64,000 nt of DNA from an uncultured delta proteobacterium. GTDB lineage: Bacteria; Myxococcota_A; UBA9160; UBA4427. A model generated the notes under the pieces. The model did not search any database. It was not told the origin of the DNA and saw only the letters and a list, made by a program, of their open reading frames with translations. Positions 41,831 to 51,029 of this stretch are shown piece by piece. The position numbers were made by a program, and so were the translations under genes. Location of the stretch: the NCBI GenBank assembly GCA_963822965.1, contig CAWGJT010000009.1, forward strand, positions 224,001-288,000, in the 5' to 3' direction. How positions within the stretch are numbered: the first letter of the stretch is position 1; every line of letters begins with the position of its first letter.

Positions 41831-41846
41831 AGCAAGCTCCGTGCCG
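41831..41846 (-). promoter_or_regulatory. Sigma54 (-24/-12) promoter
   Basis: CGGCACG-GAGC-TTGCT is close to the TGGCACG-N4-TTGCW consensus, 125 nt upstream of the PEP-CTERM ATG. Confidence 0.75.
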
Positions 41847-42048
41847 ACGGCTCGGGAACACCCGAGCCGCGGTCGCGGCGACAGAATCCGCTTCCAAAAC
41901 GAGGGGTTGTGGCCTCGGGTGCCCCCGGCCGGGAGATGCGCCCCGGTGCGACTCCCTGCGGTGTGGGATCGCGAACTTCCCTCGCACTCCCTTGCGGCAC
42001 CCTCGCCGGCTTGACCCGCGGCCGCCGCGTGGCCTATAAGCGGGACCC

Positions 42049-43188
42049 GTGTCGGACACCCTCCCTCCCATTCAGGTCGCCGTCATCGGGCTCGACCACG
42101 CCCACATCTTCGGCATGGCCCACGCGGTGGTCTCCGCCGGCGCCGAGCTCGCGGCGTTCTGCGCTTCGCCGGCCGCAGGCGCTTCGCCGGCCGCAGGCGC
42201 TTCTCCAGCCGCAGGCGCTTCTCCAGCCGCAGGCGCTTCTCCAGCCGCAGGCGCTTCTCCGCCCGCGGCGGAAGGCGGTCTGGCCGCCATCTTCGCGAAG
42301 GCGCACCCGGGTGCCCGGGCCGTGGGCGACCCCCGTGAGATCCTGGAGGACGATGCCATCCGGCTCGTCCTGTGCGCCGCCGTCAACGCCGATCGCGCGC
42401 CCGTCGGCCTCGATGTCATGCGCCACGGCAAGGACTTCATGACCGACAAGCCGGGCGTCACGGACCTCGACCAGCTGGCGGAGGTGCGCCGTGTGCAGGC
42501 CGAGACCGGGCGCATCTACTCGGTCTGCTTCAGCGAACGCTTCGAGAACCGCGCCACGGTCCGCGCCAGCGAGCTCGTCGCCCAGGGAGCCATCGGCCGC
42601 GTCCTGCAGACCGTCGGCCTCGGTCCCCATCGCATCAACGCGCCGAGCCGGCCGTCCTGGTTCTTCCAGCGCGCCCGCTACGGCGGCATCCTCTGCGACA
42701 TCGGATCGCATCAGATGGACCAGTTCCTCCACTTCACCGGAGCCCGGGAGGCGCGCGTGGTCGCGTCCCGGATCGCGAATCACGCGCATCCCCGGTTTCC
42801 CGAGCTGGAGGATTTCGGCGAGGTGCTGCTGGAGGGCGACGGCTGCAGCGGCTACGTGCGCGTGGACTGGTTCACACCGGACGGGCTCCCGAGCTGGGGA
42901 GACGGGCGTCTCACCCTGCTCGGCAGCGAGGGCTTCATCGAGATCCGCAAGAACGTGGACCTCGGCGGTCGGCCGGACGGCAACCACCTCTTCCTCGTGG
43001 ACGGAAGCGAGACCCGCTACGTCGACTGCAGCGACGTCGAGCTCCCCTACGGCCGGCACCTGCTGCACGACGTGGTGCATCGCAGCGAGACCGCCATGAG
43101 CCAGGACCACTGCTTCCGCGCCTGCGAGCTGGCGCTGCGCGCCCAGGCCGAAGCCCGGCGCCTGCCGGGACGAGAGGAGACCCCGTGA
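42049..43188 (+). CDS. Gfo/Idh/MocA oxidoreductase
   Basis: VAVIGLDHAH, GKDFMTDKP, GGILCDIGSHQMD. Confidence 0.9.
   Translation: MSDTLPPIQVAVIGLDHAHIFGMAHAVVSAGAELAAFCASPAAGASPAAGASPAAGASPAAGASPAAGASPPAAEGGLAAIFAKAHPGARAVGDPREILEDDAIRLVLCAAVNADRAPVGLDVMRHGKDFMTDKPGVTDLDQLAEVRRVQAETGRIYSVCFSERFENRATVRASELVAQGAIGRVLQTVGLGPHRINAPSRPSWFFQRARYGGILCDIGSHQMDQFLHFTGAREARVVASRIANHAHPRFPELEDFGEVLLEGDGCSGYVRVDWFTPDGLPSWGDGRLTLLGSEGFIEIRKNVDLGGRPDGNHLFLVDGSETRYVDCSDVELPYGRHLLHDVVHRSETAMSQDHCFRACELALRAQAEARRLPGREETP
42163..42261 (+). repeat. In-frame 18-bp tandem repeat encoding (ASPAAG)5
   Basis: GCTTCGCCGGCCGCAGGC x2, then GCTTCTCCAGCCGCAGGC x3, then a partial copy. Confidence 0.92.
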
Positions 43189-44258
43189 GCGGGCGCCTGC
43201 GCGTCGCGGTGGTGGGGCTCGGGGTCGGGCTGCAGCACGTGGGCGCCTGGCGCCAGCTGCCCGAACGCTTCGAGCTGGTGGCGATCTGCGACGTCAACGA
43301 GAAGCTCGCGCGCCTCGTCGCCGAGAAGCTCGACATCCCCCGGGTGGAGACGCGCTTCGACGCCCTGCTCGAGGGGCCGGAAGCGCCCGACGTGCTGGAC
43401 GTCTGCACGCCGCCCCACCTGCATCAGGAGATGGCGACGGCGGGGCTGCGGGCGGGCAGGCACGTCATCTGCGAGAAGCCCCTGGTGCCGAGCCTGGCGG
43501 CCTGCGAGGAGCTGGCGGGCATCGAGGCCGAGTCGCCGGGACGTCTGATGCCCATCTTCCAGTACCGCTTCGGAGCCGGGCTCCTCAAGCTCCAACGGCT
43601 GATCGCGAAGGGGATCCCCGGAAAGGTCTACCTCTCCACCGTCGAGACCGCCTGGCTGCGCGGAAGCGACTACTACGCGGTGGAGTGGCGCGGACGCTGG
43701 CAGACCGAGCTGGGCGGCGTCATGACCACCCACGCGATCCACGCCCACGACATCCTCTGCAACGTGGTCGGCCCGGTGCAGAGCGTCTTCGCCCGCACGG
43801 CGACCCGGGTGAATCCGATCGAGACCGAGGACTGCGCGGCAGTCTCGGTGGTGATGGCCGACGGCTCCCTCGCGACTCTCTCGGCCACGCTCGGCTCGCG
43901 CCCGGAGATCTCGCGCCTGCGCTTCTGCTTCGAGAACCTGACCGCCGAGAGCAGCCTCGCGCCGTACCAGCCCTCCTTCGATCCGTGGACGTTCACCGCG
44001 GCGAACGACGAGGTGCAGGCCGAGGTCGACGCCACCCTGCAGGACTTCCCGCCGGGACACGAGCTCTACGCGGGCCAGTTCGAGCGCTTCCACGAGGCGC
44101 TCGTCACGGGAGGCGAGCTTCCCGTCACGCTGGCCGACGCACGCGCCTCGCTGGAGCTGCTGACCGCCATCTACCATTCGTCCCAGACGGGTCTGCCCGT
44201 CGACCTGCCGATCGGCAGCGACCACCCCTGCTTCGGCGGCTGGCTGCCGCCACGCTGA
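43185..44258 (+). CDS. Gfo/Idh/MocA oxidoreductase
   Basis: GTGA overlap; VAVVGLGVG, CTPPHLH, HVICEKP, HAIHAHD. Confidence 0.9.
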   Translation: MSGRLRVAVVGLGVGLQHVGAWRQLPERFELVAICDVNEKLARLVAEKLDIPRVETRFDALLEGPEAPDVLDVCTPPHLHQEMATAGLRAGRHVICEKPLVPSLAACEELAGIEAESPGRLMPIFQYRFGAGLLKLQRLIAKGIPGKVYLSTVETAWLRGSDYYAVEWRGRWQTELGGVMTTHAIHAHDILCNVVGPVQSVFARTATRVNPIETEDCAAVSVVMADGSLATLSATLGSRPEISRLRFCFENLTAESSLAPYQPSFDPWTFTAANDEVQAEVDATLQDFPPGHELYAGQFERFHEALVTGGELPVTLADARASLELLTAIYHSSQTGLPVDLPIGSDHPCFGGWLPPR

Positions 44259-44282
44259 GCGGCCCCGCTCTATACTCGCCGC

Positions 44283-45536
44283 ATGGCCGCGAGCGAGCCG
44301 TTTCCCATCGATCTGACCGATCTCGAGAACTTTCGGGACGGCTTCCCCCACGGCTTCTTCACGCGACTGCGGGCGGAGAAGCCCGTCTACTGGCATCCCC
44401 CCAGCAAGCACACGCCGGACCGGGAAGGCTTCTGGGTGTTGTCCCGGCATGCGGAAGTGGTCGCGGTGTTCCGTGATCCCGCCACCTTCTCCTCGGAGAC
44501 CGGCGGCAACCGTCCCCAGGGCGGCACCTTCCTCGCCGACCTGCCCATGGCCGGGAAGATGCTCAACATGATGGACGACCCGCGCCATCGACGAATCCGC
44601 GGGCTGGTGAACCGGGGCTTCACGCCCCGGGTGATCGCGGGGCTCGAGCCCGAGCTTCGGCGGCGCGCGCGCCTGGTGCTCGCGGCGCTCGACGTGGCCC
44701 CAGGCCGGACCGGGACGTGCGACCTCGTGGCGGACGTCGCGCGCCAGCTGCCCCTGCAGGCGATCTGCATGCTGCTGGGCGTCCCCCAGGAACGCCGCGA
44801 CGAGCTGTGCGACTGGGTGGACGCGGGCTTCGACCGGGACCGCAGCGGGGAGGCGGCGGGCGCCCACGCCAAGAACCTGGACTTCGCGCGCAGGCTGATC
44901 GAGGAGAAGCGCGCGAGGCCCGCCGACGACATGCTCTCCATCGTGGTCCACGCCACCCTCGAGGACGAAGATCCGCCCGCCCTCACCGACGAGGAGCTGC
45001 TCCACTTCTACCTGCTGCTCTTCACCGCCGGCAGCGAGACCACACGCAAGGCGATCGCCGGCGGCGTGATGGAGCTGGTGCGCCATCCCGAGCAGCTGGA
45101 GGCGCTGCGCGTCGATCCGAAGCTCTACGCCACCGCCGTGGACGAGATCGTCCGCTGGACCACCAGCTCGGTCTACAAGCGCCGCACGGCCACCCGCGAC
45201 GTCGAGATGCACGGGGAGAAGATCCGCGCCGGCGACAAGGTGACCCTGTGGGAGATGTCCGCGAATCGGGACGAGCGGGTCTTCGAGGATCCCTTCCGCT
45301 TCGACGTCACGAGGACGCCGAATCCGCACGTGGCGTTCGGCTGGGGCGTTCACCGCTGCCTCGGCGCGAACCTCGCACGGCTCGAGATCCGCGTGATGCT
45401 CGAGGAGCTGCTGGCCCGCTGGGATGCGATCGAGATCGTCGGTCCGCCGGAATGGACCCGCGACAACCGGCTCTTCGGCCTGAAGCACCTGCCCGTCCGC
45501 TTCCTGCAGCGCAAAGCCGTTCGCTCTCCCGCCTGA
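44283..45536 (+). CDS. Cytochrome P450
   Basis: AGSETT, DEIVR, HVAFGWGVHRCLG. Confidence 0.95.
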   Translation: MAASEPFPIDLTDLENFRDGFPHGFFTRLRAEKPVYWHPPSKHTPDREGFWVLSRHAEVVAVFRDPATFSSETGGNRPQGGTFLADLPMAGKMLNMMDDPRHRRIRGLVNRGFTPRVIAGLEPELRRRARLVLAALDVAPGRTGTCDLVADVARQLPLQAICMLLGVPQERRDELCDWVDAGFDRDRSGEAAGAHAKNLDFARRLIEEKRARPADDMLSIVVHATLEDEDPPALTDEELLHFYLLLFTAGSETTRKAIAGGVMELVRHPEQLEALRVDPKLYATAVDEIVRWTTSSVYKRRTATRDVEMHGEKIRAGDKVTLWEMSANRDERVFEDPFRFDVTRTPNPHVAFGWGVHRCLGANLARLEIRVMLEELLARWDAIEIVGPPEWTRDNRLFGLKHLPVRFLQRKAVRSPA

Positions 45537-45576
45537 ACGGCGCTCCGGCCCACACGGCGCTGGGCCGGCTGCCCGT

Positions 45577-46371
45577 TCAACGACCCTCGAACTCGGGCTT
45601 TCGCTTCTCGAGGAAGGACTTCACGCCTTCCTGGAAGTCGCGCGAGCGGAAGAGCGGCAGCAGCTGCAGGAAGACGTGGTGGACGTTGGCCTCGAAGGTC
45701 TCGTTCTGGCCCATCCGCATCATGCGCTTGGTGGCCTGCACGGCCAGCGGTGCGTTCTCGGCGATCTCGCCCGCCACCGCGAGCACCTCGTCCATCAGCT
45801 TCTCGGCGGGCACCACGCGGCTCACCAGCCCCATCTCGAGGAGGGTCTGCGCCTCGAGAGTGCGTCCGGTGAACATGATCTCCGCGGCGCGAGACCATCC
45901 CACGATGCGCGGCAGCAGCCAGGTGCCGCCGCTCTCGGGCAGGACGCCGCGCTTCGTGAACGCCGCGGAGAGCTTCCCCTTGTCGGACGCGATCCGGATG
46001 TCGCAGCCGAGGGCGAGGTCCATGCCGTAGCCTGCCGCGCCGCCGTTCAGGGCGCAGATCGTCGGCTTGTCGACGTTGTGGAGGACGGTCGGCGGCGCAT
46101 CGCGCAGGTTGAAGCGCTGGGTGGTGCTGCCGATGCCGCTGCCCGAGCCGAGGCCCTGACCGGCCATCTGGTCCTGCAGGTCGAGGCCGGCGCAGAAGCC
46201 GCGGCCGGCGCCCGTGATGACGATGGCGCGGACGTCGGCGGCGTCGTCGAGCTCCACCAGGGCCTTCGAGAAGGCGTCCAGCATGGGGCCGGTGATCGCG
46301 TTCAGGCGCTCGGGGCGGTTGAGGGTGACGATCGCGACGTGACCCTGACGTTCGACGAGCAGCTCTCCCAT
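45577..46371 (-). CDS. Enoyl-CoA hydratase/isomerase family protein
   Basis: LNRPERLNA, FCAGLDL, DKPTICALNG, GVLPESGG. Confidence 0.93.
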   Translation of the reverse strand: MGELLVERQGHVAIVTLNRPERLNAITGPMLDAFSKALVELDDAADVRAIVITGAGRGFCAGLDLQDQMAGQGLGSGSGIGSTTQRFNLRDAPPTVLHNVDKPTICALNGGAAGYGMDLALGCDIRIASDKGKLSAAFTKRGVLPESGGTWLLPRIVGWSRAAEIMFTGRTLEAQTLLEMGLVSRVVPAEKLMDEVLAVAGEIAENAPLAVQATKRMMRMGQNETFEANVHHVFLQLLPLFRSRDFQEGVKSFLEKRKPEFEGR

Positions 46372-46506
46372 GGCTCTTCTCCTTCGCTTTCGCGGCTTTC
46401 CTTCTGCCTTCCTTCTGCCTTCTCTGCCTGCTCTCTGCCTTCTCTGCCCGCTCTGCCCGGCGCCTGGCCTGCCTTCCTCGTCCTGGCCGATCGGTCGTGC
46501 GGTCGC

Positions 46507-48750
46507 TCAGACCGGCGCCACCTCCACCGGGATGCCGTTCAGCACGGCGTTGCCCGACAGCGGGTCGAGGGGATGCCCGTCGGTGAGGCGGTTGCTGTTC
46601 ACGCCCGCGTGCTCGCGAGCCACCGCCAGCCGCGCGCCGTCTCGATCGTGTCCCCAGCCGTGGGGCAGGCTGACGACGCCCGGCATCACCTCGTCCGTCA
46701 CCTCGACGGCAACCTGCAAGGTCCCCGCCCGGCTGCTGACCCGCGCGGTCTTGCCGTTCTCCAGGCCGAGCCTGGCGGCGTCGTCGGGGTGCAGCTGCAG
46801 CGTGCAGCGGTCCCGACCGCTCACCAACGGCGCCAGGTTGTGCATCCACGAGTTGTTGGATCGCAGGTGCCGGCGTCCCACCAGCACGAGGCCGGTCTCG
46901 TCCGGAGCCTCCACGAACGCCGCGAGACGCTGCAGGTCTCCCACGATTTCCTCCCGGGCGAGCTCGATGCGGCCCGATTCGGTTCGCAGCACCTCGGGCA
47001 CCCGCGGCGCCAGCGGACCCAGGTCGATTCCGTGGGGATGCGCCTCGAGCCGTTCCAGGGAGAGCCCGTCGGGATCGGCCCCGAAGCCGTCCCCGTACTC
47101 GCCCGTGCGCAGCATCACGTCCAGCAGCGCGTCCGGCGCCTTGCGGTGGGCGACCGCCGCCAGGATCTCCCCCGCGTCTCGCCCGTGCACCTTCGAGCCC
47201 TCGCGCGACACCTGCTGCTCCACCAGGCCGCGCACCAGCATGTCGTGCAGCACGCCCGGGTCCGCGGACGCGCCCTGGCCGCTCAGCAGCAGGCTGAGCC
47301 GCGCCAGGATGTCGGCTTCCGAAGGTCCCTTCGCGGGGAAGAGAGGCGGCGAGTAGTTGGCGACGTTGCGCACCGAGATGCCGTAGAAGGCCAGATCGTA
47401 GTGCGAGCTCTCGAGCGACGAGGGCGGGGGCAGGATGACGTCCGCGTGGCGCGTGGTCTCGTTGCAGTAGATGTCGACGCTGACCATGAAGTCGAGACCG
47501 CCGAGCGCGGCGTCGAGGCGCTCGCCCTCGGGCGCCGAGAGCACCGGGTTGCCCGCGAACGTCACCAGCGCCCGCACCCGGTCCGGCCCGTCCGTCTCGA
47601 TCTCGTCGGCCAGGGTGGCGATCGGAAGCTCACCGCGCACCTCCGGCAGGTTGCGGACGCGGCTGCGCCAGCGCCCGGTGCGGAATCCGCGGCCGCCGGG
47701 CTTGCCGGCGCGGGTGTGTGCCGCCAGCGGAAACATCGCGCCGCCGGGTCGGTCGAGGTTTCCGGTCACGATGTTGAGGGCGTCCACCGCCCAGGAGGCC
47801 AGGGTGCCGAACGCGACGGTATGGGTGCCGATGCGGCCGTAGACGGCCGCGCGGTCGGCTGCCGCCAGCTCGCGCGCTAGCCGACGAATGGTCTCGGCGG
47901 CGACGCCGCAGCGCGGCGCCACGCGTTCCGGGGTGAACCCTGCCACCGCCGCGGCGATCGCATCGACGCCGTCCACCCACTCACCGACGGAGCCGAGCGC
48001 CACCAGGCCCTCTTCGAAGACGACGTTCAGCATGGCGACGAGCAGCAGCGCGTCGGTGCCCGGCCGCACGAAGTGATGCTCGTCGGCGACGGCCGCCGTG
48101 CGCGTGCGCCGGGGGTCCACCACGACGAGCTTGCCACCGCGCTCGCGCAGCGCCTTGAGGCGGCCCGGGAAGTCGGGCGCGGTACAGAGGCTTCCATTGG
48201 ATTCGAGGGGGTTCGCGCCCAGCATCAGCAGGTAGTCGGTGCGGTCCAGGTCGGGCACCGGCATCGCCCCCGGGTCGCCGAAGAGCAGGCCCGAGGAGAC
48301 GTGCTTCGGCATCTGGTCCACGGTGCTGGCGCTGTAGAGGTTGTGGGTTCCCAGGGCCTTGATGAGGGGCCGAACGTACAGCGAGCCCGCCAGGTTGTGC
48401 ACCGTGGGATTGCCGAGATAGAGCGCGACGGCGTTGCGTCCGTGTCGCTCGAGCAACGGCAGGAGACCCCGCTCGATCTCCGCGAAGGCCTCGTCCCAAT
48501 CCACCTCGACGTGCCGGCCGTCGCGCTTCACCAGGGGGCGTCGCAGTCGATCCGGATCGGCGTAGAGGGCGCCGAGCTGCGTCCCCTTCGGGCACACATA
48601 GCCCCGGCTGAAGACGTCGTCGGCGTCGCCCCGGATCTTCACGACGCTCTCGCCGCGCGTCCGGATCTCGAGGCCGCAGGTGGCCTCGCACAGGGGGCAG
48701 GTTCGATACGAGACGCGGTCCGACACGGCAGACACCTCCAGGCGGGGCAT
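46507..48750 (-). CDS. Molybdopterin-dependent oxidoreductase with N-terminal 4Fe-4S site, no Tat signal
   Basis: CPLCEATCG...CPKG, DPDRL, RPGTD, HPDDA..LGL, LPHGWGH. Confidence 0.92.
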   Translation of the reverse strand: MPRLEVSAVSDRVSYRTCPLCEATCGLEIRTRGESVVKIRGDADDVFSRGYVCPKGTQLGALYADPDRLRRPLVKRDGRHVEVDWDEAFAEIERGLLPLLERHGRNAVALYLGNPTVHNLAGSLYVRPLIKALGTHNLYSASTVDQMPKHVSSGLLFGDPGAMPVPDLDRTDYLLMLGANPLESNGSLCTAPDFPGRLKALRERGGKLVVVDPRRTRTAAVADEHHFVRPGTDALLLVAMLNVVFEEGLVALGSVGEWVDGVDAIAAAVAGFTPERVAPRCGVAAETIRRLARELAAADRAAVYGRIGTHTVAFGTLASWAVDALNIVTGNLDRPGGAMFPLAAHTRAGKPGGRGFRTGRWRSRVRNLPEVRGELPIATLADEIETDGPDRVRALVTFAGNPVLSAPEGERLDAALGGLDFMVSVDIYCNETTRHADVILPPPSSLESSHYDLAFYGISVRNVANYSPPLFPAKGPSEADILARLSLLLSGQGASADPGVLHDMLVRGLVEQQVSREGSKVHGRDAGEILAAVAHRKAPDALLDVMLRTGEYGDGFGADPDGLSLERLEAHPHGIDLGPLAPRVPEVLRTESGRIELAREEIVGDLQRLAAFVEAPDETGLVLVGRRHLRSNNSWMHNLAPLVSGRDRCTLQLHPDDAARLGLENGKTARVSSRAGTLQVAVEVTDEVMPGVVSLPHGWGHDRDGARLAVAREHAGVNSNRLTDGHPLDPLSGNAVLNGIPVEVAPV

Positions 48751-48775
48751 TGTACCCGCCCGGCTCGGGCTCCGC

Positions 48776-50791
48776 CTAGTCTCCCCCTCCGGCCGGCGGC
48801 GTGTACCAGATGGGGGACGTCCAGGCTCGTTCCTGGACCACCTTCGGGACGCTGGGATCGTCGCACGCGGGGGGTCGCTCGCCGGCGTCGAAGGCCAGAC
48901 ACTGCCAGGTGTTGTACCGGCAGCTCGGGTTCTCGACGACCCGGGCGTAGTAGACGGCCCGCCGTCCCGGGTCGAAGGCGGGATCGTGCCAGACCGCGCA
49001 GAGCTCGCGGTGGCCGCGCCCGCGTGGCTCGCAGGTGGTGAGGTCCACGTCCGCCCCACCCTCCGCCGAGACGGCCACGTCGTAGACCGCCTGGCGGCTC
49101 TCGCCTCCGTCCTCCACCCAGCCCTTCACGATCTGGATCCGCTGCAGGTCGTTGCCCGGTGCCCCGGCCGTGCCCGGGTCGGCGCGCGCGGCCACCAGGA
49201 AGACCGGAGACGTGGCGGTGGGCGGGGGCCGGGCCAGGTCGCCGCCCATGGGTACGCCGGCGGCGTCGGCCCGCGCCACGAAGTCGGCGGCCTCGCACAG
49301 GTCGTCGGGCAGGTCCCAGGCGCCGAAGAAGCGCGGCTCGATGCGCGGCCCGCTGGTGCCGAACACCTCCCGGCGGCGCATGGCGTCGAAGAGGGCGTTC
49401 CGGTCGTTCTCGGGAGCCCACACGCCGATCAGGCCGCCGGGGTTGTTCCGCACGTTGCCCGCGATCTCGCGGCTGGGGGAGACGCGCTCTTCCGGCGTGT
49501 CGTCGCTGCGACCGAGGTGGCCCGGGTACGAGCGCTCCTCGACGCCGCCGGCCAGGGCGTTGTGGGTGTCGGTGCTGGCGGCCAGTCCGAACTTGAACGG
49601 ATTGACGCCCAGGCGCGCCTCCTCCTTCAGTCCCTCGGTCAGCGCATAGCGCGCGTAGCTGAGACGCGAGATGCAGTCCGGGCCGAGATGAGGTCGCCAG
49701 TCCGCCCAGCCCGACTCGCCGCACGTCGGAAAGTGGCCGGGATCGGAGAAGCGCTCGATGGCGGCGTCTTCGAAGCGTTCGAATTCGCAGAGCTCGTCCT
49801 CGCTGTCGAGCACGCCGGGCACGCCGTTGCGGCACTCCGAGTCGCCCTTGTGCTGCATCACCTCGACCACCGGCTCCATGCGCGCGCGCAGCGCCGCGCG
49901 CTCCGCCTGCTGCGCCGGCGAATCGGCGTCCGGGTAGTCGACCGCGAACATCCGGCCGTTGCTCAGGTTCGAGTTGTGGGGAATCGCGAGGACGTCGCAG
50001 CCGGTCCCGGTCTTCGTGCAGCCCGCCTCGAGCATGCGCCACAGGGTCCACTCCCGGGGTGCGTCGAAGTACGAGATGGGCAGCGCGGGAACCACCTCGT
50101 TGCGGAAGACGACGTTGCGGTGGAGGTTCGACCCCAGGCGGTGCGAGCTGTACTCGTACGCCACGAAGGTCGTCCGCTCGCAGCGCGCGCTGGTGTCGTT
50201 CCAGGCCTGCGCGGCGTCGATGATCCGCTGCCACACCGGCCGCGCGGCGCGTCGGCATCGCTCCCCGTCCGCGCCGCAGATCGCGTCGTTGCGCCAGGTC
50301 ACGGGCGAGAAGATCTGCATCACGAGCCGCGGCGCGCGGCCTTCCCCCGCCCGGAACGCCTCGCAGAACGACGAGTCGTAGCCCGCCGCGGCCGGGTCGG
50401 TGCACAGGCGGCTCTCGCCCAGGAACTCCGCGTGGTCGGTCACCGCGGCAAAGTCGAGGGGGCGATCGATGTGGACGCTTCGGGTGCCGTGCCCCGCGGC
50501 GTCGTTCGGCGGCAGCTGGATCGTGCCTCCGAACGCGTAGCGGTAGGCGTCGTCCGGCAGCAGGCGTACGTCGAACATCCAGGCGTCGCTCGAGAGCGCC
50601 GTGTGGACGTGGAGGTCGCCGAACCAGGCCCTGCGCAGGGGGTAGCGCTCCGCGCAGGGCGCTTCGGGAGCCGGACGCGGAGCTCCGTCCGGCACGCGAT
50701 AGGCCTCCTCGGGAACGGACTCGCTCCCGCAGGCGACCCACAGGGCCATCAGGGCCGTCAGGGCGAGGAAGGCGGAAGCCCGGCGCTTCAT
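48776..50791 (-). CDS. DUF3604 domain lipoprotein
   Basis: FGDLHVHT, LDFAAVTDHAE, NLHRNVVF, IPHNSNLSNG, QERAWTSPIWY. Confidence 0.9.
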   Translation of the reverse strand: MKRRASAFLALTALMALWVACGSESVPEEAYRVPDGAPRPAPEAPCAERYPLRRAWFGDLHVHTALSSDAWMFDVRLLPDDAYRYAFGGTIQLPPNDAAGHGTRSVHIDRPLDFAAVTDHAEFLGESRLCTDPAAAGYDSSFCEAFRAGEGRAPRLVMQIFSPVTWRNDAICGADGERCRRAARPVWQRIIDAAQAWNDTSARCERTTFVAYEYSSHRLGSNLHRNVVFRNEVVPALPISYFDAPREWTLWRMLEAGCTKTGTGCDVLAIPHNSNLSNGRMFAVDYPDADSPAQQAERAALRARMEPVVEVMQHKGDSECRNGVPGVLDSEDELCEFERFEDAAIERFSDPGHFPTCGESGWADWRPHLGPDCISRLSYARYALTEGLKEEARLGVNPFKFGLAASTDTHNALAGGVEERSYPGHLGRSDDTPEERVSPSREIAGNVRNNPGGLIGVWAPENDRNALFDAMRRREVFGTSGPRIEPRFFGAWDLPDDLCEAADFVARADAAGVPMGGDLARPPPTATSPVFLVAARADPGTAGAPGNDLQRIQIVKGWVEDGGESRQAVYDVAVSAEGGADVDLTTCEPRGRGHRELCAVWHDPAFDPGRRAVYYARVVENPSCRYNTWQCLAFDAGERPPACDDPSVPKVVQERAWTSPIWYTPPAGGGD

Positions 50792-51029
50792 GGCCGAATG
50801 CTAGCCGGGAGTTGCGCCCTGATGGCTATGACGCGATCCGGGCTAGCGTCGGGGCGGCTGCGGTGCGTCGTCCCCGTCGCCGCGCACGCAATCCTGGCCA
50901 GCGGCCATCCCGAATCGCCCCGCCGTCCGCCCCAGGGGCGTTTTTCGGAAACCCGGGCCATCGGTGTGGGGTCGGAGCGTTGACATCGATCCGGTCGCGA
51001 GACGAAGAGGCCGGACACGGAGGAAACCC

